Below are positions 1 through 9,311 of a stretch of 64,000 nucleotides of DNA, piece by piece; within the stretch, counting starts at the first letter, position 1; each line of letters begins with the position of its first letter. The notes beneath the pieces are model-generated. The model saw nothing but the letters and a program-made list of their open reading frames with translations. It was not told the origin of the DNA and searched no databases. This DNA comes from a virus. Location: IMG/VR virus record IMGVR_UViG_3300020153_000001, positions 1 to 64,000 of that record; one strand, written 5' to 3'. Made by a program: the position numbers and the translations under genes.

Positions 1-98
1 GGAGAAATTATAGTTACTCCATTCGATTTCCAAGACCGCTAAGGAAATACAACCAAATAATCAAACCGTCTAATCCAATTCAATTTTGCTCACTGAGC

Positions 99-689
99 TT
101 ATTCCTCAACTTCGTCCGAAACCATAGTCTCAAACATCTCCCATATCTCAGCTAGAAAGGAATGCAAAGGAATCTCCTCATCTGGCTGTTCCCAGAGACG
201 CCATATGTAGTACTCCATTACTCGCTTGAATTTACGATATTCTTCCTCAACGGCATCGGTCCAACGACCATGCTTATTAACCGCAACATAAAAACCGCAC
301 AATATGAGAATGATCTTATACGCTTTAGCGGCCCAATGGAGCTTTCCGATATCATCTATTTGATGGTGACTAGTAATGTAACGACAAATATATTCTTCAA
401 ATTCATTTAGCCGAAAATCGGCACGAGTGGCCGCATGAAGCGTAGCACTATCAGTAAACAGCGACTCTTTTAATCTCTCTAGATGATTTATTAGCGCTAG
501 CCATGTAGCTCGTCTATACTGGAATAGATCAATTAACCCGTATAAACCTAACAAGGTCAACACATCGTCCTTGGATGGGTCAACCTCGTTAGATGACAAT
601 GAACTACTAACATCTTCCGCTAAATCTAGAAGAATATCCTCAACAAGAGTATTCCTAAGCGTTCTCCTCAGTATACTCTTTTCGTTCAT
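99..689 (-). CDS. Hypothetical alpha-helical protein B1, paralogue of 2155-2757
   Basis: Start moved to MNEKSIL (ATG 689, AAGGA SD). Shares LVEDILLxLAEDVS, TLLGLYGLxDLFQ and EExPLHSFLAE with 2155-2757. Confidence 0.8.
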   Translation of the reverse strand: MNEKSILRRTLRNTLVEDILLDLAEDVSSSLSSNEVDPSKDDVLTLLGLYGLIDLFQYRRATWLALINHLERLKESLFTDSATLHAATRADFRLNEFEEYICRYITSHHQIDDIGKLHWAAKAYKIILILCGFYVAVNKHGRWTDAVEEEYRKFKRVMEYYIWRLWEQPDEEIPLHSFLAEIWEMFETMVSDEVEE

Positions 690-1716
690 CGCTGTTTCCT
701 TTCGCAGCCTCTTTATATTCTTGCTGACTATACCTTGGATTTTGAATAACCGCCTTAACCAGTTCACATACTCTCCCCTCAGCGCTCCGTGGTAAAGACG
801 TTACCACCTTGGATAAATACTGTAATCGCCTTTTCGGAATATCCAATCTAGAAATTAAATCTAGTATAAGATCGGCTAGCTCGTCCCAATAGATTGTGTG
901 TTTAAGTCGTTCAGCTATGTCTTGAATTATGGTCTCAATATTATATTGAATCCCGTGTATAGGATCCGACAATATCAGTGTCAAAGCCTGTCTGAGTAAA
1001 TGTACCATTTGGCGGTTAGCAACATACTCGCTAACGCTTATCAAGAACGTCGCCCTAGAACAAGGACTTAAGGTGCTAGCTATTGCCGAAATAGCATCCG
1101 TCCTATTCTGCCAACAAACATTTCGAGAAAAGGTCTCGACAAAACGCTGCGCTGCAAATTGCTGACACATCACCAAACGAAGCAACAATTTACAAAATTG
1201 TCTTACTATATCATCAAACTCAATGCCGCTACTATAAAACAGTTGCAATATCCCTAAAATGAAAATAATATGCCTACTAAGTACGTGGCCGGACAAGCTC
1301 GCTGCATATTCCTGAAAAAATCGCCAGAGGGCTTTTGTGGTAAAATCATTACATTCCCTAGATTCCAGAATGCTATGTATTACAGCAAGGATATCCTCAG
1401 ACCGACGCTTCCGCTCAACCATACTACGTAGAACACCGTCGACCTGATCCCACGTGATACGTGCTAATAAAGTCCCGGCTACTTTGATTGACCATTTTGA
1501 ATATATTTCATTTAGAAGTAAATCGATGAAATGTAATAAATCCTTGCGCTGCTTAGGGAAAAACGGAGCAAGACACTGGGCAGCCAGAACGTCATCTCCC
1601 AGTGTGCTCTTGACCTGCTCCCATAGCTTGGCGGCGTTTATCATTGACTCACGCCGTTTGGCCTTAGGTGTTTTGATACCACCTTGCAACGTTCTTGATA
1701 CAACTTGCTTCTTCAT
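655..1716 (-). CDS. Hypothetical helical (HEAT/ARM-like) protein A1, paralogue of 2723-3781
   Basis: 353-aa ORF with GAGG SD. Shares LGDDVLxxQCLAPFFPK and RLQYLSK..LPRxxEGRVCE with 2723-3781. Confidence 0.85.
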   Translation of the reverse strand: MKKQVVSRTLQGGIKTPKAKRRESMINAAKLWEQVKSTLGDDVLAAQCLAPFFPKQRKDLLHFIDLLLNEIYSKWSIKVAGTLLARITWDQVDGVLRSMVERKRRSEDILAVIHSILESRECNDFTTKALWRFFQEYAASLSGHVLSRHIIFILGILQLFYSSGIEFDDIVRQFCKLLLRLVMCQQFAAQRFVETFSRNVCWQNRTDAISAIASTLSPCSRATFLISVSEYVANRQMVHLLRQALTLILSDPIHGIQYNIETIIQDIAERLKHTIYWDELADLILDLISRLDIPKRRLQYLSKVVTSLPRSAEGRVCELVKAVIQNPRYSQQEYKEAAKGNSDERKEYTEENA

Positions 1717-1756
1717 ACCTACGTCCTCTTGTTAAGACACAGAGACTAGTCAGTAG

Positions 1757-1776
1757 TTTTGACTCCGGAGTCAAAA
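1757..1776. repeat. 20-bp palindrome TTTTGACTCCGGAGTCAAAA (copy 1, perfect)
   Basis: Read directly; about 40 bp upstream of the A1 start. Confidence 0.95.
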
Positions 1777-1783
1777 ACAGCGT

Positions 1784-2053
1784 CTAGACGATACTACTTT
1801 TTGTCTCGTTCTGAAACGATTTGTCGTTACAATTATGTTCTCCCGATCTTAAATCTCGAACATATCTTAGAACCTCTTCCGCCGTCATGAGACGTAGTCC
1901 CTTTTTGATAGCTTTCAGGCGAAGTCGGCACAATCTTCTGGCTAGATTCGTCTTGAACTTCACTTTAGTCCTTTCTAATCTAAAAGTCGCTCGCAGAACC
2001 TTATCAATACTAAAATAATGATTTCGACGGTCGAGAAGCTCCCGCCAAAGCAC
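1784..2053 (-). CDS. Small basic hypothetical protein
   Basis: 89-aa ORF with GTG start after AAGG; fills the gap between the duplicated units on the coding strand. Confidence 0.5.
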   Translation of the reverse strand: MLWRELLDRRNHYFSIDKVLRATFRLERTKVKFKTNLARRLCRLRLKAIKKGLRLMTAEEVLRYVRDLRSGEHNCNDKSFQNETKSSIV

Positions 2054-2154
2054 AGATAACCTTATTGTCCAGGCGGCGGGAACTTCTCGACACAGTCGTT
2101 TATTACCGCAGTTTTATCGTGATGACGCTCGATAGTCGTTACATTTTTTATTTG

Positions 2155-2757
2155 CTAATTTTCGACCGAAATGGATCTAGCAGACAGTATCGTTGTTTTC
2201 GCAACTGGCCATACTTCGGCTAGGAAGGAATGTAAAGGTACCTCTTCGTCCGGTTCTCCTTTTAGACGCCAGACGTAATAATCCATTACCGTCGCAAATC
2301 TGTCATATGAGTAGTTTACATCATCGGTCCAACAGCCTTGATCTGCAACGGCAATGTATAACCCACACAACACAAGAACTAGTTTGTAGATATTGGAGGT
2401 CCAGTGTACTTCGCCTATAGGATCCAGACTATGGCGGCTAGCAACGTAATTGCAAATATACTCTTCGAGCTTATTTAACCTAAGATCGGCGCGAGTAGCT
2501 GCATGTAAGATGTTGCTGTCGGTAAATGCTTTATCCTTCATGTTTTCCATAATGCCGATTAACGATATCCGTGTGGTCCGGCCGCACTGAAATAGATCAA
2601 ATAATCCATACAGACCTAACAAAGTCAAAATGTCGCCTTTGTCCGAATCAATATCCCCTGTCGATAAGATATCGCTAACGTCCTCGGCTAGGGTTAGCAA
2701 AATATCCTCAACAAGGCGGTTTCTAATCGTTCTTGTCAGTTCCGTTTTCTTGTCCAT
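2155..2757 (-). CDS. Hypothetical protein B2, paralogue of 99-689
   Basis: 200-aa ORF with clear similarity to B1. Confidence 0.85.
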   Translation of the reverse strand: MDKKTELTRTIRNRLVEDILLTLAEDVSDILSTGDIDSDKGDILTLLGLYGLFDLFQCGRTTRISLIGIMENMKDKAFTDSNILHAATRADLRLNKLEEYICNYVASRHSLDPIGEVHWTSNIYKLVLVLCGLYIAVADQGCWTDDVNYSYDRFATVMDYYVWRLKGEPDEEVPLHSFLAEVWPVAKTTILSARSISVEN

Positions 2758-3781
2758 TGTTAGATCCTTTCACGTCCTGTTTAGACTCTTGCTGACTATA
2801 GCTTGGATCCCGGACAGCCGATTCAACAACTTCGCACACTCTACCCTCAACCCTCCGCGGCAAAAACGGAGCTATCTTGGACAAATACTGTAGTCGTTTT
2901 GTCGGAGTATCTAATTTAGAAATCGAGTCTAGTACAAGACTAGCTAGCTCAGTCCAGTAAGCCGTGTTCTTAATCTGTTCGGACATGCATAGAAGTATAG
3001 TCTCAATGTTATAAAGATTTCCATACGCTGGATTCGATAGTATCTTTGTCAGAGCCTGTTTGAGCAAACCGATTGCTTGATAGCTGGGGATATACTTACT
3101 GGAACTTATCAGAAACAACGCCCGATGATACGGATCTAAAAGTCGGTCTATCTCCGCGACAGCGTTCGACTGGCGTTGCAAACTAATACTCGAAGCAAAA
3201 CATTCGATAAAACGTTGCGCTATGAATGGTCGGCATACTTTGGTAAAGCGCGGCAGCAGATCACAAAACTGACGTGCTACGTCCTCAAATACGATACCAT
3301 TGTTATAAAATGATCGGAATATTTCCAAAATAGAAAAGGCACAACCCGTAATCGCACTACCGGGCAAATTTGTCAAATATTCCACGAAAAATCGCCAAAG
3401 AGCCCTCGCGGGACCACTATCGCATTCCCTAGATTCCAGTACGCTGTGTACTAGAGAAAGAATATCTTCGGGCCGACGATTTTGTGCAACCATATTGTTC
3501 AATACAGCGACTATCTGACCCGGCGGTCTACGGACCAGAAGCGTCCCCGCTGTCTTGATCGGCCATTTTGAATGCGTCTCCTTCAAAAGTATATCAATAA
3601 AACGTTGCAGACCCTTACATCGCTTAGGGAAGAATGGGGCAAGGCATTGGACTACTAGGACGTCATCTCCTAGCTTATTCTTAACTCGCTTCCACGTATT
3701 GGCGGCGTTTATCATTGACCTACGCCGCTTGGCCTTAGACGTTTTGACCTGCGGCCTTCTTGACATAACTTTCTTCTTCAT
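2723..3781 (-). CDS. Hypothetical helical protein A2, paralogue of 655-1716
   Basis: 352-aa ORF with AAGGAG SD and clear similarity to A1. Confidence 0.85.
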   Translation of the reverse strand: MKKKVMSRRPQVKTSKAKRRRSMINAANTWKRVKNKLGDDVLVVQCLAPFFPKRCKGLQRFIDILLKETHSKWPIKTAGTLLVRRPPGQIVAVLNNMVAQNRRPEDILSLVHSVLESRECDSGPARALWRFFVEYLTNLPGSAITGCAFSILEIFRSFYNNGIVFEDVARQFCDLLPRFTKVCRPFIAQRFIECFASSISLQRQSNAVAEIDRLLDPYHRALFLISSSKYIPSYQAIGLLKQALTKILSNPAYGNLYNIETILLCMSEQIKNTAYWTELASLVLDSISKLDTPTKRLQYLSKIAPFLPRRVEGRVCEVVESAVRDPSYSQQESKQDVKGSNNGQENGTDKND

Positions 3782-3821
3782 TTCTACGTTCTCCTTTTAA
3801 GACGCAACAACTAGTCAGTAA

Positions 3822-3840
3822 TTTTGACTCCGGATCAAAA
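3822..3840. repeat. Palindrome copy 2 (TTTTGACTCCGGA-TCAAAA, 1-nt deletion)
   Basis: Read directly; same position relative to A2 as copy 1 to A1, with the shared flank CTAGTCAGTA. Confidence 0.9.
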
Positions 3841-3845
3841 TCACG

Positions 3846-3879
3846 AAAAGAACAAACAGCAGGGGAGTACTTCCCCGCT
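3846..3879 (-). terminator. Putative intrinsic terminator
   Basis: Minus strand GCGGGGAA-GTA-CTCCCCTGC hairpin followed by TGTTTGTTCTTTT, just after the stop of 3890-4543. Confidence 0.5.
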
Positions 3880-3889
3880 CGTAGTAATC

Positions 3890-4543
3890 CTAGCTTATAT
3901 TCGTCTTATATCCTTTCTTCGTCTCCTCTAAAAGTTTTCTCCATAATTTGAATCCTTTATGGAATACCTTCAGCGTAGGACGAATAACATCATAATATTT
4001 TGCATACATAACACACTTGAAATAGTCGAGCACTAGATAATCCCAATATATATCAAGTTCTCCGTTACTTTTGGAAAAGCTTTCAAATTCTTCCATCGTG
4101 GGAAACGGGGCAGTATGCGGCAATTTCATGGCTTCATATAGTCTCTTCATGTCATCTAGACATGATTTAGCCAGAGGCTTTACCTCATATGGAAATTCTA
4201 TGTCTGCAGACGGGTTTATCGTCTTTGCAAATTCTTCGAGATCCATCCCCTCGAGCTCCGCGCCATCAATCATAAACCCGCCCTCGAATCCGCCATCGGT
4301 AAGTGTCCATAAAGCCCAATGAGAAGAACCGATCAGCACGGACTCCATGTCTAAATTACGATATGAACAACCGGGAAATACAATAAAACGATTAAATATA
4401 ACCCCAGACGGCTCTCCGTCGGTCATGAGACACGACAGCTCCGGATCAAGATGTCCTCCTTCCAGTAGGACTTTCTTGGCCCTTTCAAGTAGTACCCTCG
4501 TTCTGTACTTTCCCACGCCCTCAACAAACGTATAAACGCTCAT
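3890..4543 (-). CDS. Hypothetical protein
   Basis: Start moved to MSVYTF (ATG 4543, GGAGAGG SD). Confidence 0.75.
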   Translation of the reverse strand: MSVYTFVEGVGKYRTRVLLERAKKVLLEGGHLDPELSCLMTDGEPSGVIFNRFIVFPGCSYRNLDMESVLIGSSHWALWTLTDGGFEGGFMIDGAELEGMDLEEFAKTINPSADIEFPYEVKPLAKSCLDDMKRLYEAMKLPHTAPFPTMEEFESFSKSNGELDIYWDYLVLDYFKCVMYAKYYDVIRPTLKVFHKGFKLWRKLLEETKKGYKTNIS

Positions 4544-5525
4544 CAGCCAACCTCCTCTCCATATCAACAGCTTCGGTAAGCGCAGTACTAAGGAAGTCCA
4601 TCATAAAGTTATAGTCTCCACAAAACATGGAGCGCTCCATGTCGCCGCGCAACATATAGACGAACGGCAAAGCCCGTCTAGCCGACGGGCAGTTTACGCT
4701 ACTATCTATCATATTGAGTAACGATTCTAGATTCTTTTTGCCTACAGGCAACTGTAACAGTATAGTCCACTGTAACATGTAAGCTGCACTAGATGCTGTG
4801 TCGATAACGTTATGGAACAACGTCTCGTTTAGCTTGTCGAAACACAACAGTACTAGCGCCGCCTGCGTCGCCGTATATGTGCTACGTTCGGCCGCGATAA
4901 ACTTGAGCGCTTGGCTTATGATGCGATCTTCGAGATGTTGAGCATACCGCATATTCTTAAGAATAATGTCAAACAACATTGTTATAGCCTGAGGGTCGCT
5001 ACTATCTTCGAGCATATCTAGAGCACACAATAGTACCTTCTCGCCTTGGAAATGCTCCAATACAAAACAGCGCGCATATTCGCTAAGTTCGCCATTGAGT
5101 GCCTTATCTAAAAGCTCATATGCCGCAGCATCGCTGATATGCGTTATAGTCCTAACGACCAATCTTAGATATCGAGGCTTGCTGCGACCGTCTGTGCTCG
5201 ATAAAACGTTGAACAGAAGATTTTTTATCGTCGGATCTTTTCTTGCAAGCTCTGCAAGGTAGCCGACGATAGTATTGGCTGCCGCGCCAGTGGCTCGTTC
5301 CAGACAGATTAGTAAAGTCTCCTTATCTTTCAGGCATATTGCCAGCTTGGCTGCCGTCAGTACGCCACGGCTTTCTACCAATTTTGCCGCTTTTCGTAAA
5401 ATGGATATGAGCTCGTCTTCTGCTCGCATAGAGCGGCAGACAAGAAATGTAGAAAGAAGCGCGCACTCGTCGACGATATTCGAGTTGTCAAAGACAAGAC
5501 CTTCTAGCTTTGTTGCCTCTGCCAT
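4521..5525 (-). CDS. Alpha-helical repeat (HEAT/ARM-like) hypothetical protein
   Basis: 334 aa, Leu/Ala/Cys-rich helical pattern, AAGGAG SD. Confidence 0.75.
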   Translation of the reverse strand: MAEATKLEGLVFDNSNIVDECALLSTFLVCRSMRAEDELISILRKAAKLVESRGVLTAAKLAICLKDKETLLICLERATGAAANTIVGYLAELARKDPTIKNLLFNVLSSTDGRSKPRYLRLVVRTITHISDAAAYELLDKALNGELSEYARCFVLEHFQGEKVLLCALDMLEDSSDPQAITMLFDIILKNMRYAQHLEDRIISQALKFIAAERSTYTATQAALVLLCFDKLNETLFHNVIDTASSAAYMLQWTILLQLPVGKKNLESLLNMIDSSVNCPSARRALPFVYMLRGDMERSMFCGDYNFMMDFLSTALTEAVDMERRLADERLYVC

Positions 5526-6454
5526 GTTAACGCTCCTTCTGCAGACGCCTTAATAAAGACCGCTTCGACTACATCGAGGAAGCTGTCAATGCATGTTTCA
5601 TCAACCGGAACATTAAGCCAAAATAGCATCGTTGCAAAATCTGATGTTTTCACGTTGCGCATAAGTCTGATAATATAGGGCCATAGCAGCCGAGCATTTC
5701 TAAAAGACGCTCCGGCTACGTCAATAAGCTGCCAACAAATCAGACTAGCAGACGAGCTGTTATTCAACAAGTCTGTGCAACATTTCGACATGTCGGTTAG
5801 CGTATCTACAATAAGGCTAACGGCCTTTTCTTCTGAGGCGCGGCATGTTGTAGCAAGATTGACTAAAAACTCGATTCTAGATCGGCAGCAAAGCAGTTTA
5901 CATAGCCCTTCTATGTCCCTTTCGATAATCTCCGGACAACAATCCAACAGCTCCCGCAGCAGTAACAGCCTTCCTGCATCAGAAGTAATCCTGGCTGCGA
6001 CACTACGCACAAATGCCGTGCCGTCGATGTTGCTTGGAACTATTTTGAGAAGCACGCACAGCAGGCGCGCTATGCGGTAAGCCCGATCTTCCCTGTCTAA
6101 ATCAATTTCGTCTAATAGTTTCTCTGCAACGCGCCATAGCATCTGCTTGTCTGATTCCGAGAGGGCTGATCTGTCTATTGCTAGAAGATATGCCTCGAAA
6201 GCAGAAATCAAAACCAATGCGTCGTACGTGCCGATTCTATATAAGAACTCATCAACTACTCGGCGTACTGGCTCTACGGACAACAGCTTTCCAGCCGTAT
6301 GTCCTGCTTCTTCATCAAACATCAGCCCAATTAGCTCGTCGCGCTTGTCTTGCGACAAACAGGGCGCCAAGATAGCGCAAATATCCTTGAAGACGGTATC
6401 CTTAGCCGCATCGACAATTTGGCCAGCGCGCTCGTATAGCTTGTAGTCTGACAT
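5504..6454 (-). CDS. Alpha-helical repeat hypothetical protein
   Basis: 316 aa, AAGGAG SD, overlaps the next gene. Confidence 0.75.
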   Translation of the reverse strand: MSDYKLYERAGQIVDAAKDTVFKDICAILAPCLSQDKRDELIGLMFDEEAGHTAGKLLSVEPVRRVVDEFLYRIGTYDALVLISAFEAYLLAIDRSALSESDKQMLWRVAEKLLDEIDLDREDRAYRIARLLCVLLKIVPSNIDGTAFVRSVAARITSDAGRLLLLRELLDCCPEIIERDIEGLCKLLCCRSRIEFLVNLATTCRASEEKAVSLIVDTLTDMSKCCTDLLNNSSSASLICWQLIDVAGASFRNARLLWPYIIRLMRNVKTSDFATMLFWLNVPVDETCIDSFLDVVEAVFIKASAEGALTWQRQQS

Positions 6455-6466
6455 TCGACATCTCCT

Positions 6467-6886
6467 TTACTGACAAAAGTCTTTACCGCAGATGACATTC
6501 AGAGCGTCTAACGCGACCAGTGCTCTACACATGTTGTCAGTAGCTTGTACAACATCGTTAATTCTGATATATGCCGAACTGAACGATATGCTAGTATAAA
6601 TGTTATCGCCATCGACTGTCACGCCGAAACGATCCAAAACCTTAGCAATGTACTGCGCGTAATTCTCGTAAGCGCCACAGGACTTCAGAGCCGGGATAAT
6701 GACACTATTACATAGTTGTATATCGGATCCATCGATATAAATACGGAATGTCCGACTGTATTCCGTAAGATAGGTAGGCAGTGTAACGATGTAAGTTAGC
6801 CGATCATAGTCTTCACAACGGACCGATTGGAACTTTCTGTACAGCTCGAACGTTATGTAATGAAGTATTTCCTCGTCGTCGAACAT
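6467..6886 (-). CDS. YbjN/CesT-like (T3SS-chaperone fold) hypothetical protein
   Basis: Start MFDDEE (ATG 6886, AAGGAGG). Helix, three strands, helix, two strands, C-terminal amphipathic helix; the fold call is inference. Confidence 0.5.
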   Translation of the reverse strand: MFDDEEILHYITFELYRKFQSVRCEDYDRLTYIVTLPTYLTEYSRTFRIYIDGSDIQLCNSVIIPALKSCGAYENYAQYIAKVLDRFGVTVDGDNIYTSISFSSAYIRINDVVQATDNMCRALVALDALNVICGKDFCQ

Positions 6887-6931
6887 AGTTAGACCTCCTT
6901 TCCTCGGCGAGACTCTGACGCGCATGGTAGA

Positions 6932-7414
6932 CTATCTAACTTTATTACGACCCGCGCAACGCGTCGTATCTTGCTCGTTCGCAGCATCGCCAATAGTTAC
7001 CAGCAGTTCGAGCATATTACAGGCCGCGATAACAGACGAAACAGTCTCAAGTAAACTGTCTGTAACGTCTTCCTCTTCGATATTGTCAACGGATAGCTCT
7101 TTTCTCGACACTATGGTACCATCCTCTGTTATTTTGACATTACATATACCACGTATCTTTATCAAAATAGCATTATAAAGTGGAAACACGCAAAGACCTT
7201 TTAGCTTATCAATTGGTTCAAACGTGCTAGACGCCGTCAGTACGCGACCTTCCAACTTTACTCTAATGAACACGGCAGTCTTCTTGGAAAAATGCGCCCA
7301 TACTTCAAACGTTTTATCGTCGTATTTGTATATATATACTAAGTTTTCTGACAAACGCGCCATAGCACTGTGAAACGCAGATATAAGCTCGTCAGATGCC
7401 GCTTCTCTTACCAT
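6932..7414 (-). CDS. YbjN/CesT-like hypothetical protein
   Basis: Start MVREAA (ATG 7414, GGGAGAG). Same secondary-structure pattern as its neighbour. Confidence 0.5.
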   Translation of the reverse strand: MVREAASDELISAFHSAMARLSENLVYIYKYDDKTFEVWAHFSKKTAVFIRVKLEGRVLTASSTFEPIDKLKGLCVFPLYNAILIKIRGICNVKITEDGTIVSRKELSVDNIEEEDVTDSLLETVSSVIAACNMLELLVTIGDAANEQDTTRCAGRNKVR

Positions 7415-7498
7415 TTCATCTCTCCCAGAAGACAAAAAAACGCCCTGTCTAACTGACAGGGCTGGAACGACCGAGCAGATTAACAGCAAGATTTACTA

Positions 7499-8389
7499 CT
7501 ATCTTGGAGGTGCGGGCGTTGGTTCGCTTTTTCGCCCAATTACAAGCCTGGCCTCTGCTTCTCTCCTTAGCTGTTCTCTCTTCTCGAAGCATTCAGAAGG
7601 CTTGATCTTGCTGTCGGTAATAAACAGCAAGTGTTCCTCTTTGAGCCACTCCCTAACTCTTGTTATTGGTATGAACCACCCCATATGAGGAAAGATCTGA
7701 GACCAACTACCGGCTACTCGGCTAGGTACTCCTATAAAGTAATAATCGCTATTGTGTTCCGTAAAGACCGCGCCGCCGCTGTTTCCGAATACAATATTCG
7801 CCGTGCCCATCCAGTACACTTTTTTGTCGATAACATCGTCTAGATAGTTAATTTCGCCCTTTGTGGCTACCGGTGGGTGTCGCAACGAGCAGCCGACGGC
7901 GTAGATAGGCTGAAAGATATAGACCTTGGCGTCTGGCGGCAACAGCTTTGCGACGTGATCCAGCTTGCGGCTTGTCTTAAGCTTTAGAAGAGCCAGGTCG
8001 TGTTCCTTTGAATGGGCAACGATCTCTGCCTGACAAGCATCGGTAAAGTCCTGACGACTGCCGGCGGTATAGCGGAATATTTCCACCTTAACCTCGTCGT
8101 TTGCCTCTCTTTTAACATCCTGCTGCAACAGTGAAGACCACTCTGTCACCACGTTAATAGCGCCTTCGACAACGTGGTGATTGGTAAGAACGTAAGTCTG
8201 ACAGCCGTCTCCACGATCCTCGCTGTACAGGATAGTGCCGGACCCGCCCGCATTCTTTGCGGTGACTCTAACAACCGGATAAAGCATTTGGACATGCTTC
8301 TTTTCAACATCAGGAGGCAGATCTCCGGCTAGCAGTAAAGATGCCATAAAAGACAACAAAACGGCGCTTGTGGCGGTACGAACTGACAT
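7499..8389 (-). CDS. Exported trypsin-like (S1) serine protease
   Basis: Catalytic triad motifs TNHHV, HDLALL and GNSGG. Signal-peptide-like N-terminus MSVRTATSAVLLSFMASLLLAG; AGGAGG SD. Confidence 0.85.
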   Translation of the reverse strand: MSVRTATSAVLLSFMASLLLAGDLPPDVEKKHVQMLYPVVRVTAKNAGGSGTILYSEDRGDGCQTYVLTNHHVVEGAINVVTEWSSLLQQDVKREANDEVKVEIFRYTAGSRQDFTDACQAEIVAHSKEHDLALLKLKTSRKLDHVAKLLPPDAKVYIFQPIYAVGCSLRHPPVATKGEINYLDDVIDKKVYWMGTANIVFGNSGGAVFTEHNSDYYFIGVPSRVAGSWSQIFPHMGWFIPITRVREWLKEEHLLFITDSKIKPSECFEKREQLRREAEARLVIGRKSEPTPAPPR

Positions 8390-8477
8390 TTTTTCTTCCT
8401 CCTTACTAAACGGACAATACTTAAAAAAACCGACGAACAAATAAAGTCTAACGAATTACCACAAAACAAGCAAGCTT

Positions 8478-8497
8478 GTTTAACTCCGGAGTCAAAA
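8478..8497. repeat. Palindrome copy 3 (GTTTAACTCCGGAGTCAAAA, 2 mismatches)
   Basis: Read directly. Confidence 0.85.
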
Positions 8498-8578
8498 CCT
8501 GAAGAAAGGCGTAATGAAGCTGGCCTTGAATAACACGGTTAAGCCGCATTATTACTATCCTTGTAAACAATATGAAGA

Positions 8579-8598
8579 TTTTGACTCCGGAGTCAAAA
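8579..8598. repeat. Palindrome copy 4 (perfect)
   Basis: Read directly; 101 bp from copy 3. Confidence 0.95.
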
Positions 8599-8638
8599 AA
8601 TTCGCCCCGCCCGCCAAATCCGTTGTAGCGGGCGGGGC
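8595..8638 (-). terminator. Intrinsic terminator whose T-tract runs into palindrome copy 4
   Basis: 11-bp GC stem GCCCCGCCCGC/GCGGGCGGGGC (8604-8638), then GAATTTTTT on the minus strand. Confidence 0.65.
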
Positions 8639-8661
8639 ATTCCCCAAGGAGACGCGTATCG

Positions 8662-8952
8662 CTAATTATTACCGAAAAGCTTATCCAAGCACAACCGTAC
8701 TGTCACAGACGACGTGTTCTGTAATTCAGATTTTACTAATGACATAATATCGTCAACTTTACTGCATAACCAGGCAAAGCTATCGGCCGTAATGGCCACA
8801 ACTACTCTGGCGTTACCTGCTTCGTTAGTGTGTGGATCGTAAGGACTAATAATAAGTCCTATCATAACATCATCACCATTGCTAAGGCCGATTACGCCTC
8901 TGAGCGCAGCAGGTATTACTGGTACGTTGCTAGCGTCAAAGTTGTTTGCCGT
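8662..8952 (-). CDS. Hypothetical protein, possibly ACG-initiated
   Basis: The frame of 8662-8865 is open to an ACG at 8952 that lies 7 nt after AGGGAG. Confidence 0.45.
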   Translation of the reverse strand, partial: TANNFDASNVPVIPAALRGVIGLSNGDDVMIGLIISPYDPHTNEAGNARVVVAITADSFAWLCSKVDDIMSLVKSELQNTSSVTVRLCLDKLFGNN

Positions 8953-8954
8953 CG

Positions 8955-9308
8955 CTACGCTCCCTTCAGCGATTTGAAAGGGTCCATAAATAGCTTAATA
9001 CTGTCATCAGCTTTTTCGGCTTCTACAGACGTGATGTATTCCCAGCCCCTACTCCTAAGCCGTCTATCTAATATTTCGAGGCTGCACCAGCTAATCAGCC
9101 CGTTCGTAAATATAACGGCGAAAACGAGGCTTAATCCGCCAGCCCACAATGCCATAATCAATGTCATAAACCCCAATGCTTCAACATATGCCCCATGCCA
9201 CAAAAGCCAAAAGGGGCCAAATAGAAGAGCAGGGATATTAATCTTAGACACGCGAATGGTACGGAAACCGCCGTCGCAGCCAAACTTGTAAATCCTATAT
9301 ACTGCCAT
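8955..9308 (-). CDS. DUF2628-like small membrane protein
   Basis: ALLFGPFWLLWHGAY motif, two hydrophobic segments and an LRSRGWEY tail. Confidence 0.65.
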   Translation of the reverse strand: MAVYRIYKFGCDGGFRTIRVSKINIPALLFGPFWLLWHGAYVEALGFMTLIMALWAGGLSLVFAVIFTNGLISWCSLEILDRRLRSRGWEYITSVEAEKADDSIKLFMDPFKSLKGA

Positions 9309-9311
9309 TTT

